Position numbers and translations under genes: made by a program
Notes under the pieces: generated by a model
Database searches by the model: none
What the model was told of the DNA's origin: nothing
Seen by the model: only the letters and a program-made list of their open reading frames with translations
Shown: piece by piece, positions 29,449 to 41,100 of the stretch
Layout: each line of letters starts with the position of its first letter
Numbering within the stretch: position 1 is the stretch's first letter
Virus record (IMG/VR): IMGVR_UViG_3300026546_000001
Coordinates: 94,296 to 158,295 of that record
DNA from: a virus
Taxonomy: Duplodnaviria; Caudoviricetes
Reading direction: 5' to 3' (one strand)
Length of the DNA stretch: 64,000 bases

Positions 29449-31297
29449 TATTATTAAAATCCTTATATTTTGTAATAACTGCTTCTGTTGTAGGTAATTC
29501 TTTATCTCCTTCAGAAGTAGTTTCATTTTTTATTAATTCTTCAGCTTTTTCAGTCATTTTTATATTAATTTTAGTCATTAATTCTGAAAATTTATCATAA
29601 TTAATATTAAAACCATAAATATCTTTATTTTTCAAAAATATTGACATTGCAGACATAAAATATTCTTCTCCAGTTATTGTTCGTGCATCTAAAATTCCAT
29701 TTTCTTCAATATTACCAAATTCTTTATTTCCACTATATTCAGGAAATTTATTTAAAAATATTTGTAATATTTTAATACCCTCATCATTTAATTCATCTTT
29801 TTCAATTTGTTTTCTAGTTGTTTTTGGAACTAAATCACTCACAGATTTAAGCGCTTCAATAAATAAACTATGAATATCTTTATCTTCATTTAAATCTATT
29901 AATCCAAGCATTTCTAATAAACTATTAAATAATTCTTTAGCTTTATCAGAATATATTAACATACCTGCAGCAAATTCTTTTTTAACAAATCTTTTAATAC
30001 TTCTTAAAATTCTTGTTGATCTTAATAGTGCTTTTCCACTTGTTTTTTTAACTGCTTCTTTTGAACCTTTTTTAACTGTTTCTTTTGCAACTTTTTTAGT
30101 AATATCAGTCATACGCATTGAAGTTTTAAGTCTATTAGATATTATTTTTGTATTAACTGACAATTTATTTACAAGTTTTTCTAATTCTTTTTTAGGTATT
30201 TTATTACCTAATTTTTTACTATATTTTTCTGCAACTTCAGATGCAATTTTTTTAGTTACTTTAGTTGCTTCTTTACCACTTAATTTTGCAGTTTCTTTAA
30301 GAACACGTTCTTGCGTTTCTTTTATCATTGATTGAACTACTTTTTTATCAGCAGCTTTTAAACTATATTTACTAAATTCTTTAAATGCTATTTCTGATTC
30401 ATTTTTTAAAAATTCTTTAGCAGTTTTTGTAGATACAGTTTTTCCAAATGTACCTTTTGTTGCCTTTCCAATCGGAACTTCTAATTTTTCTGCTAATTCA
30501 ATAATTTGTTTATCATGAGATAATTCATTAACTATTTTACTTGATTTTTTTTCAAAAAATGTCATTAATCTATCTAATCCAGATTTTTCAACTATAAATT
30601 TACCTATTGATGTATTTTTAAAACTTTTAACTAAATTTTTTAATTTTGTTGTTAATTTTCCAGTTTGATTTAATATTAAATCTAACCCTCTTTTAAGAAG
30701 ATTTCTTGATGCAGGTGATTTTGTTACGGTTTTTATTACACCACTTGCGCCATTTTTACCAGCTCTAGATAATATTTTTTTAATTACCATGTTACCAATA
30801 TTTCCACCAGTTGGTAGTGTTGCTGATGCAATAGTTATAATACCCATTATAATATATTCTATACGTTTGTTACTATTATCAACCATATAACCAAATGCAG
30901 ACGCAATATAGTACAATCCATGTAATACATCTATAAATGCACTAATTCCAAAACCAACACCAGTTGCATCAAGTATCGCTGATATACCATCAACACCTAA
31001 ATGAATCCAATCTTCAGGTCTATCAGGTGCTAATTCTTTAATGAAATTAGCAGTTTTATCCCATGCATTAGAAAGCCAATTACCATTTTCATCAATTAAA
31101 TAACCATGTTTAGAATATATTGTATTATCATTTTCAATTTTTTTCAAACTTTCATTTACTGCAATTAATTTATTAATTTTATTATTATAATATTCTAATA
31201 ATTCATCATTTTTAATATATTTTAATTGTTCAAGATCAAAAAGCTTATTTAATTTAGAATTAAAATATATTTTTCTTTGCGTATCTACTATATACAT
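29432..31297 (-). CDS. Probable virion protein with a pre-toxin-TG-like hydrophobic region and a degenerate PG-binding motif
   Basis: WIHLGVDGISAILDATGVGFGISAFIDVLHGLYY...ASATLPTGG, a long Lys-rich helical region, and IKILQIFLN...ENGILDART. Confidence 0.55.
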   Translation of the reverse strand: MYIVDTQRKIYFNSKLNKLFDLEQLKYIKNDELLEYYNNKINKLIAVNESLKKIENDNTIYSKHGYLIDENGNWLSNAWDKTANFIKELAPDRPEDWIHLGVDGISAILDATGVGFGISAFIDVLHGLYYIASAFGYMVDNSNKRIEYIIMGIITIASATLPTGGNIGNMVIKKILSRAGKNGASGVIKTVTKSPASRNLLKRGLDLILNQTGKLTTKLKNLVKSFKNTSIGKFIVEKSGLDRLMTFFEKKSSKIVNELSHDKQIIELAEKLEVPIGKATKGTFGKTVSTKTAKEFLKNESEIAFKEFSKYSLKAADKKVVQSMIKETQERVLKETAKLSGKEATKVTKKIASEVAEKYSKKLGNKIPKKELEKLVNKLSVNTKIISNRLKTSMRMTDITKKVAKETVKKGSKEAVKKTSGKALLRSTRILRSIKRFVKKEFAAGMLIYSDKAKELFNSLLEMLGLIDLNEDKDIHSLFIEALKSVSDLVPKTTRKQIEKDELNDEGIKILQIFLNKFPEYSGNKEFGNIEENGILDARTITGEEYFMSAMSIFLKNKDIYGFNINYDKFSELMTKINIKMTEKAEELIKNETTSEGDKELPTTEAVITKYKDFNNTIYHL

Positions 31298-31318
31298 GTT
31301 TTTAATATAATTTTTTTA

Positions 31319-32314
31319 TTATAATTGTAACCATTTTTTTAATCTAGCTAATAGATCACTTTCTGGTGATGGATTAGACATACCATTTTTTGGATGATAA
31401 ATATTAAAATTATTTTTATCAAATTCAACTTTCATCAATGTTAATATTTTTTTCCATGTGTCTATATCTACTTCACCAGTTGTTGGTAAATTATTTTTTT
31501 CCTGAAATTTTAATAATGCGGTCTTTGTTTTTTTACTAAAATTTCCATCTTCTGGGCCTGAATCTAATTCAAGTTTGTTTAACATATATTGTATAAATTT
31601 AACAATATTTAAACTTTCATCAGCTAATGATGTATTTAATAATGGTGCTCTATATTTAGTTATTTTATATTTAAATGTATTTTTAACTTCTAAATAATGT
31701 TGTTTAATTTCATTCCATAATTCATCAGGTTTTATTCCTAACTTATTAGAAGATAAACTTGTTACTTCTCCATGTGTAGCTTGTGATATTTCTTCATCAC
31801 TTATATTACTTTCATCTTCAGCTTTTTTAAATTCTTCTTCAACTTTTTTAAGAACATCTTCCTGTTTTAATTGTTTTAAAAAACGTTCTATTATTTTATT
31901 ATCATTTGAATTTTTTCTAATTTCTTTAATTAATAAATCAATTATATTATAATCATGTTCATAATTACTAATTTTTTTAGAATTTTTATTTTCATCTTGG
32001 TTTTTTAATCCATTAATTATAGTTTTAATATCTGATTTTACTTTTTTACATGCCTTTATTTTAAGACGTTTTTCAATATTTCTATTATTAAATCTATTTG
32101 CAAGTTTTTCAATTCTATGACGTTTTTTATCTATTCGATGAGTTATTCTTTTTGATTTTTTTTCTTTACCTTTTTCATCAGATTTTTTTTTACGCGCTTT
32201 CAATTTATCAATTTTACGCGTTTTTCGTTCTGCGCGTTTAAGTTTTCTTTCATCTTTTTCACGTTTTTCATTTAGCGCTTCATAATTAGAATAACTTTTA
32301 ATATAATCAATCAT
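31319..32314 (-). CDS. Peptidoglycan-binding-domain protein with a basic N-terminus
   Basis: VKFIQYMLNKL...DGNFSKKTKTALLKFQEKNNLPTTGEVDIDTWKKI is the classic three-helix PG-binding domain; late motif at 32336-32344. Confidence 0.85.
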   Translation of the reverse strand: MIDYIKSYSNYEALNEKREKDERKLKRAERKTRKIDKLKARKKKSDEKGKEKKSKRITHRIDKKRHRIEKLANRFNNRNIEKRLKIKACKKVKSDIKTIINGLKNQDENKNSKKISNYEHDYNIIDLLIKEIRKNSNDNKIIERFLKQLKQEDVLKKVEEEFKKAEDESNISDEEISQATHGEVTSLSSNKLGIKPDELWNEIKQHYLEVKNTFKYKITKYRAPLLNTSLADESLNIVKFIQYMLNKLELDSGPEDGNFSKKTKTALLKFQEKNNLPTTGEVDIDTWKKILTLMKVEFDKNNFNIYHPKNGMSNPSPESDLLARLKKWLQL

Positions 32315-32355
32315 TAATTAATATACTAATTTTTTTTATATATTAATATATTATT

Positions 32356-33150
32356 TTATAAATTATTGAGATGCGCTTTTAAAATATTTCTATAATCCTT
32401 TGCTTGTATTAAAATAATATCTTCATTTTCGGGTGGAATCCAACAAATAAAACTTGGGCCAGTTTCAATACCGTGTTCTTCTAACATTAATCTATATAAA
32501 CTAACTTGAATACTAAATCTATTATGTTCATTATCTTTTTCATTGCTGAATGGACCTACTAAATATTTGTTATAATTATAATCTTCATCAGTTGTAAATT
32601 TTTTATTTGTTTTCCAATCACCTACAATTAATTTATTTTTATACCAAAATAATGTATCAATAGTTCCTGCTAATTTATATTTTAATGACCAGATACGTAA
32701 TTCTTGTGCTACTGGTGTCATTTTACTAAGCTTATCGGTATATAATTGAAACCATTTATTAATTCTTCGTTCAATTATTGTATTTATTTCATCTTTTGAA
32801 TATGGACCAATATTATAATTTATTTTTGGTATTTCAGGATTTAAATTATTTAAAAAATCTTCAATCCATTTATGAACTATAGATCCAATAGTAGTACCTT
32901 TATCTGATTTATATTTCCAATCTTCAAGTAATTCTTCAACTGTAATTCCTAATTCTTCAGCTTTACGATTAGACCAATATTCAGTGTCAAATTTTTCATA
33001 AAATTTAGAATAAAATGTAGTAACTGAAGTTAATTCGTCTTTTTTATAGTAATATTTATGAACATCTTCGTAAAATTTAAAATATTCTGGTGGATTTAAA
33101 AATTTATCTAATTTTTTAATTATTTCATTATTCATATAATTTATATTCAT
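32356..33150 (-). CDS. PD-(D/E)XK exonuclease (Cas4/RecB-like fold)
   Basis: SVTT, GSIVH, E.RI...LAGTID...GDWKTNK, Q.SLY. Confidence 0.85.
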   Translation of the reverse strand: MNINYMNNEIIKKLDKFLNPPEYFKFYEDVHKYYYKKDELTSVTTFYSKFYEKFDTEYWSNRKAEELGITVEELLEDWKYKSDKGTTIGSIVHKWIEDFLNNLNPEIPKINYNIGPYSKDEINTIIERRINKWFQLYTDKLSKMTPVAQELRIWSLKYKLAGTIDTLFWYKNKLIVGDWKTNKKFTTDEDYNYNKYLVGPFSNEKDNEHNRFSIQVSLYRLMLEEHGIETGPSFICWIPPENEDIILIQAKDYRNILKAHLNNL

Positions 33151-33175
33151 TTTATATAAAATGTTTTATATGAAA

Positions 33176-33201
33176 AAAGCGCTACTATTAAGTAGCGCTT
33201 T
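33176..33201 (-). terminator. Intrinsic terminator
   Basis: aaagcgctact / agtagcgcttt hairpin with a U-tract on the minus strand. Confidence 0.85.
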
Positions 33202-33222
33202 GAAATGTTAAACAATAAAAGC

Positions 33223-35046
33223 TTATTTAAATTCTTTAATTATTTCAGGTTCTATTTGTTTAATATAATATGATAGAGAAGTAAATAATGCTTCAACATG
33301 ATTAACGTATGAATATTCAAATAATTCGTCATCATACATTTTTAATTCGTCAAAAATTTCAGTGTATGTTGGAGTTATTCTTCTATCATCAATTTTATCT
33401 GACATTACGTCTGGTAAAATTTTTAATATATTACGAGCAGTTTGCTTTAAAAATTCAGTATTGGTTGTGTCATTATTTTTCTTTTTATCTAAAGTATTTT
33501 TAATGAACTCTATTTCATCCAACCAACCTTGTTCACGCATAATTTGCTCTCCATATTCTTTATCGTGAGTATACAAGTAATTTGCAATTAATTTAAATAA
33601 TTTACTTCTTGTTACTTGAGAACCTGGACCTTCAATTTCTTGATACAGCTGACCAGTTTTAAACACAATTATCATTGCTCGTTTAAGGTCAATATTAGAT
33701 TTTGGCCGATCACGAATCCAAGAACGTGTTAAGTGATAAATAATAAAGTCTTTAATAACACTTTTATGTATAATATGTTCAAGATTTTCATCTATATCAA
33801 TTCCTTTTTTAACATTATCAAGATAAATTTGAATAAGTGATATAGTAACAACCATATTTACTTTTTTAGAATTCTCTTCATTTTCATAAAGATTACGCGC
33901 CCGTTCAATTAAATCTGCTGGAATTTTATCTGCATACAACAATGCATATAACATTAAATCTAATAGATTTTTATGTTTTTCAAAATATGGAACAATTTGT
34001 GCTCTAACTTCTTTAAATTCATCTTCTTTACTATGAAGTTTATCCATTATTTGAACAAACTTACCACACGCATTTGCAATAATTTCAGCATCTCGTTCAT
34101 TTTCACTTAAATCAATATGTTCAATTATTTCTTTAAACGATGGAACACTTATGTCAAACTCAGAACGTTGTAATCCAAGTGCACGTCTAACTTCAATATC
34201 TAACATTCTAATTGGAAAACCATCCATATAAGACATAAGTTTTTCAATATTAGATACACCACTATTTGTATCATTAAACGCAGTTAAATTTTCTCTTTGA
34301 TTAAAGAATGATAAATTTTCACTTGGTTTTGTTGTCATACCAAATCGTAAATTTGCTGTATTTTCAGAATGATGAGGATAATTATCAGCTCGGTCCCAAT
34401 TACCTCCATAATTTAAACCAGATAAATGTTCATCAGCATTTTCAGCTTTTAACGCTGCTTTTTTAACCCGTTCAGCAAAATCATTACGTATAAAAATGTA
34501 TTGAATATGTTGTTCATTTTTTACATATGTATTATAAAAATAATTTTTACGTTTAATACACCATTTTGGACATCCCCAAGCACGCACAACTTCAACATCA
34601 GGTTGAGGTTTTTTACCTTTTGCTTTTTCGTTTGCAGCAATAATAATTTTCCAGTTATACTTATTTATGGTTTTTTGTAATTTTTTAAATCTTGGATCAG
34701 TATTAACATATATACCTGGTAAACTTTCTCCAATTTTAATATCTACACGTTCTTTTACAAGTTTTTCTAATTCATCAAATGGAGTTTTTGAATATTTAGA
34801 AATATCAAGAGGATCTTTATATTCTCTTAATATTTTCAAATTTTTATATAAATTTTCAAGACGTTCAAATGTAACATTTTCGGGATCCTTATAATGTGCA
34901 CGTGTAAAATATCCTACGTATCCAGGACTATTTTTAAGTAATTCTTTGAGTTTATTAAATGTGCTGTTTTTATCTTTAAAAACATCATCAGTTAAAACTC
35001 CTTTTTTAATCATTGACTTTAAAAAGTCTTTTGCTTCTCGTACCAT
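33223..35046 (-). CDS. Hypothetical WCI-motif protein, paralogue of 18510..20738
   Basis: WGCPKWCIKRKNYF...IQYIFI, LRFGMTTKP, AFNDTN. Confidence 0.75.
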   Translation of the reverse strand: MVREAKDFLKSMIKKGVLTDDVFKDKNSTFNKLKELLKNSPGYVGYFTRAHYKDPENVTFERLENLYKNLKILREYKDPLDISKYSKTPFDELEKLVKERVDIKIGESLPGIYVNTDPRFKKLQKTINKYNWKIIIAANEKAKGKKPQPDVEVVRAWGCPKWCIKRKNYFYNTYVKNEQHIQYIFIRNDFAERVKKAALKAENADEHLSGLNYGGNWDRADNYPHHSENTANLRFGMTTKPSENLSFFNQRENLTAFNDTNSGVSNIEKLMSYMDGFPIRMLDIEVRRALGLQRSEFDISVPSFKEIIEHIDLSENERDAEIIANACGKFVQIMDKLHSKEDEFKEVRAQIVPYFEKHKNLLDLMLYALLYADKIPADLIERARNLYENEENSKKVNMVVTISLIQIYLDNVKKGIDIDENLEHIIHKSVIKDFIIYHLTRSWIRDRPKSNIDLKRAMIIVFKTGQLYQEIEGPGSQVTRSKLFKLIANYLYTHDKEYGEQIMREQGWLDEIEFIKNTLDKKKNNDTTNTEFLKQTARNILKILPDVMSDKIDDRRITPTYTEIFDELKMYDDELFEYSYVNHVEALFTSLSYYIKQIEPEIIKEFK

Positions 35047-35195
35047 AAATTTTTATATTGTTTATGTTAAAAATTAATATTAATAATCTTTATTTGTGTA
35101 AATATAATAATATTTTATTAAAAGAAAAAATATTTACTAAAAAAAACCGGTTATAAATAAATATTTATATATATCATAAATGATATTTTTTATAC

Positions 35196-38100
35196 ATGTC
35201 TTTAAAAATTAATCTTGTTAGAATAAATAATGATGGTACTGTCACAGATCCATATAAAAATCCAAGTGAAATGCCACAAAATGATCCAAGACAATTTAAT
35301 AATATATTAAAAGACGTTTTTCAAGCTTCTGCATATTATGAAAATGATACAATTGAACCATTTCCGTCAATTGGCACTTATGAAGATAAATATTATTGGA
35401 TTTTTACATATTTAAACGGTACAAATGTAGAAACATGTATTGTAAATAATTTTGAAGGAAAACGCACTCCAAATTTTGTTTTTTATAAAGAAGGATTAAA
35501 TACTATAAGTTTAAAATTAATTAAGGTAAATATAAATGATCCAACAGATATTATAGATTACGGCATTGTAGATTATATTGATATTAATTTATATGAAATT
35601 GGTGATACTATATATGGCCCAGAATATGTTAAATTAAATTCAGAAAATGTTTTATTTTATGTTAAAGATGGTGCAGAAAAATATGAATGGAATACTGGTT
35701 CTACTAATTCATCAATATCACTTAATTTTTATGATTTAAAAAGTGATAATTTATCTTGTACAATAACGCATGGACAACAATCTACAATATTAAAACTAAC
35801 TGTTAAAACTGTAATTGGTCCAATAGTTGAAAATGATTATGTTAGAACTGATGTAACACCAAATTTAATGTTTTTTAATAATAAAGGAGATAATTTAAAT
35901 TTTGATTTTGTAGAATATGAACCAAATTTATATCGATGGGAAGGTGATTTATTATTTGAAGAAAATAGCAATGATACGTTTAAAACATTAAATTTATACA
36001 CATTAGAAAAAGTAGCTCCAATTACAATGACTAATGTTGATGAATTAGAAGTATCAACAAGTGGTAATAGTTTATTACAATATAATAAATTAAATTTAAT
36101 AAAATATCAATTATTTAATGAATTTGGTATTGATTTTCATAGATCAAGAGAAACAAAATTAAAAATATTAAATATATCAGCATCAATAAATGCTGAAGGA
36201 TTTTATTCAAAATGGATATATGGTGATAATTTTCATTTAAAATTTAGAGTTGGATCTGAAATATGGGTTGAAAATGTTAATTTTAAAAACGGAACACCGC
36301 CAGATTTTAATTTAAAAAAACCTGGAATGACAACAACTTATGAATTTCAAACGCTCACAGTTATAGATTCTAAAATGGATGCAATTTTAGTTATAACTGA
36401 AACTGAAAATATTAATTGGAATTATGAATATGATATAGAAAATTATGGTTTAATATATTCATCTAATTTTATTAGAGTGATAAATCCAGATTATTTAGAT
36501 AAACAATGGAATGAATCAAATTTTAGAAATTTAGGTTTAAATGGATTATATGATAAAAAGAAATTAACAATAGTAAATAGTCAAAAAAACGACGGTGTAT
36601 ATACTGTAAATTTTAGAGAAAATAATACTAATTTACCATATAAAGAAAAATATTTAAAAACAAATATTTTAAATCGTAAAGATTTAAAACCTGGATATGG
36701 ATTTGAAATAATATTAAATTTTTTAGCTAATAGAATATTATTAAGTAATACTGTTGTTGATTTTATACCAAAATCTATTACAAATTTATTTTTAAATAGA
36801 AAAAATTTAATTTTATATGAGTGGTCATTTAATAGAGATTCAACACCTACTTTATTACAAGAAGGAATACAATTTACGTTTGAACAAGATGGAATAAATC
36901 AAAATTTTAATTGGATATACACTGTTATTAAAAAGGATAAAGCTATTAATATATTAGAACCAAATGATAGTGACAGAAAAGGATATACATTAGAAACAAT
37001 TGACGTTATTAGTTGTTTAACGGATCCACCTACAATTAGAATTGAAAATTTTGATTCAAAAACAAATGAAAATAAAATATTTGACGTAGATATAACTAAA
37101 AATAAAATATTTATGTCATATGTTGATATATATTTACAAACAAAACAAACTACACTAACATTAGAATATTTAACAAACCTTGTTCAAATTGAAATAAATA
37201 ATCAAGCAAAAGGTATAAACACTTTATGGAATAAAGATGATACAAAAATTATAATATTAGAAACGTTAGGATGGAAATTATTAAATGTTCAAGTAATAAG
37301 TAATCAAAATAAAAATGGTATAATTGTAACATTAAATAATCCACCAACTAATAATTTACCAACAAATGGAATTATTGGTGGTGTTGAAACAGAATTAAAT
37401 GAAAATACAATTGGATATATTTATCATAGAACTAGTACAAACACATTTCATATTCAAGTAGATTATGATATTGAAAATTTATTACCAATTTGGTATACAA
37501 TTCATGAATTACAAACTGTAATTTGGGTTGATTCATCAGGAACTGTAGAGTATCAACAAAATGTTCAAAGAGCTGCATATTTAACATCCACTGAAATAAC
37601 ATTTAAACAAGAATGGATTAATAAAGAATTATTAACAGCTATAAGTTTACTTGATCTTGATCAATTAGAACAAACAAATCCAGATGCAAAAATATTTACA
37701 GACATTGCAAATGAACAATATCTAATGTTTAATAATTTTATTGTTAAATGGCAATCTACATTTGATCATTATGGATTAAATTTATATTTACAAACTGATA
37801 CAAATGTTTGGGATTGTGATATTGAATATAAGGTAAATGATTATACTAAATTTAATGGTATATTTTATAAATGTTTAGTTAATAATATTGATAAACAACC
37901 TGATGAATATATTGGAACATATTGGAAAGAATTAGATGAATTAATTTTACTTTGTGTTGAACGTAAATATTTATTAAATTCAAATGATAATAATAATCCA
38001 ATAATTGAAAACGATTATATGCAAGTTGATTTTAATGGTATAAATACATTTATAATTAACACAAATGAAACAAGTGGTTTTATAGAACCATTAAATAGTT

Positions 38101-41100
38101 CAATAAGATATAATAATGTTTATCAAATAGAAGTGTTAGAGCAATTAAATGATGAATATAATCATTTAGTTGGCATTCATAAAAATGAAAAATCAATATC
38201 AAAACGACATATTAAAAAAGTAATAATAAATGATATTGATAAAATTTATGGACTTAATATTATAATAAATGGAATTGAATTCAACGTTAATTTTGATAAT
38301 ATTGTAACAGATTATGATGATATATTAAATAATGCGTATGATATACAAGAAACATTATTTGATTGGGGTAATAGATTATTTGGTGTTGAACAAGACACAT
38401 TTAGTCCAAATGATCATACTGATATTGGTTTAAAATATTATCAAAAATTAGAATCATTAGGAATAATAACATATTTAGAACGAAGTGGACAATATGATGA
38501 TTATTTTGGAACTGCTGGTTTAGCTCCATACGATACAATTGTTATGGTTAGTAAGTATCCAAATGTTAATTTCACGTTTGAAATACAAGGAACTAATAAT
38601 AGACATTTAATATATCACAGTAAAATAAATTTTTATGAAATTGGTAATATATTAACAATTACGATAAATGGATATACTATGTCAGTTGAAACAGCAAGTA
38701 TTGAATATACATTAAATTTATGGATTGAAACTTGGCAATTAGATTTAGAACAACAACATATATTTGTTAAGTATAATTTTGATAATAATATACATTCGTT
38801 AATTTTTTATACATTATATGATACAACTAAATTGGTATATACAATTTGGGTTGGTATAACACCTAAACCAACAAAAAGATTGTATGATATTATAGATTTA
38901 AAACCTGGTAATGAAGGTATTATAATAGCTGGTAATGAAGTATTAAATTTAATTCCATACGCTGATTTTCAAAAGTATAATTTTGCAACTGGAATGATAT
39001 TATCAATAGATGGAAGTAAATGGCCATTAAATAATCAAGAATATAATATATTATTAGTAGATCCAAGAAATTTAGGATTAAGTTATCAAGGACCATTTTG
39101 GAATAGTTTTGATTTATTTGGAGAAGGATTTGATGATATTGACACAGATCCTGATAGAGTTGGAAATCAACCATTTGATTGGGAACAATATGCTGATACA
39201 TTGGTTAAATTTGAAGTAACTGATTTTCTTAAAATAAATCGTGTTGATGATTTAAATAATGATGCATCATATTATCAAATTGAATTTACTGATGTTACAA
39301 ATGTTGATAATGATGAAATAGCATATTGGGAATGGTCATTTGGTGATGATAGTGATAAAAAAATTATTACTAACACTAATACAAATTATGAAAATAGTAC
39401 AAGTGGTATTATATTATGTGGAACAGATGCAACAAGTGGAACATGTGGATATGCATATGTTGAAGATATTAGAAAAGTTCAACATATATTTGAATCTACT
39501 GGATCGTATATTGTATCATTATTAATTAAATTTACAAATGATACATATCAAAAAATTACATCTGTATATACTATAACTGAAGATTATATTCATGAACGAG
39601 GCCCACAAACTTTCGATGATATTATTTTAAAAACAAGAGAATTTTTAAGATACCCGAGAGAAGGATATGATAATGAGCCCAATACATATTTAAAATGGAA
39701 ATTAATTGAAATTGATGAAGATATTTCTCCAACAAATGAAATGTTTCTATATGATGTATCTGGAACTCAGTTAAAAGATGAAGGTATTTATACATATATT
39801 GGACCAAAGCCATTATTTGCTAATAATGATATTGTATATTTAAATGATAAGCCAAATAAAAATTTAGATTATATTGAAATACCTAAATATCAACAAACTA
39901 TTTTTAAGGAAATAAATTTTGAACTTAAAAGAATAGATAGTGAAATTGATATTACATATGAAACAGAACCAATGCAAACGTTAGTTGGATATAAAAATGA
40001 TGATGAAGAAGTTAGTAAAAAAATATTAATATTAGAAAAATATAATCCATTAACAATTTCAATTAAAACTGAAAAAATTGAATCTAATAATACTGATAAA
40101 AATTTACCAATTGATGCATATAAAAATGTAGTATATTTTATTGAAGAACTTAATGAAATTAGAGTTGATAGATTTGATACAACTTTTATTGAATTAGGTA
40201 TTAAAAAAGATATGAAATTTAAAATAAATGGATTTGATAATACTAATACATTGGGACAAGTTACATTTACAAATTCAGGAAGAATTGTTAGAGTTAAAAA
40301 TTTTGGTACAAATTGGATAAAATTGACAGACGATTCACATATTGTTAATGAAATTTCATGGAAAAAATCAAAGGAAACTGTTGCGCCATATAATACAATA
40401 AGTGTATCATTTACTCTTGAATTAATAACTGTTCCAATTGAAATTGGCCGATTTAATGTAATTGGACAAACTGAAATTGAAGATGAACGGTTTAAAATAA
40501 TGATGTATAATTTAGGTTTAAATATTCAACCACGTCATACTTACATATTTAAAAAATATAATATAAAAGAAGCTGGAATTGATTGGATTTATTTAAATAA
40601 TAAACGTAAAGAATTATTATTTAATTTTCCTGAAATTTATAATTATGTTGGTTCATATAAAGCTGTAATAAATGCAATAAATTATTTTGGTTATAATGAT
40701 TTAGAATTTAATGAATATTATAGAAATGTTGATGAAAATAGTATAAATTATGGAAAACTAGAAAAATTGAGAATACATGATATGTTAAATAATTTAGTCG
40801 CTGGATATAAACTAGATGATCAAATATTAAAATTCATGCCATCAAAACGTTATATTAAAACTAATTTATTTAATTTAACATATAATATTACTGATGAAAA
40901 AGGAAATAATATAATTGCATATAGTGTTAATGAAGTTACAACTAAATTACTAGGTTTAAAACAATGGTTAAATGAAGAAATGATACCAATTGGTCGTAGA
41001 ATTATTGATATAACTGGACATAGTTCTAATATGAAAAGTTTTAATTATTCTCATGATCAAAAAAATGTAATAAACTTAAAATTAAGTCAAACCATTAGTC

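Noticed and set aside
32356-33150. CRISPR-associated Cas4
   Set aside because: No Fe-S cysteine cluster, no other cas genes and no array; this is a common stand-alone phage exonuclease.
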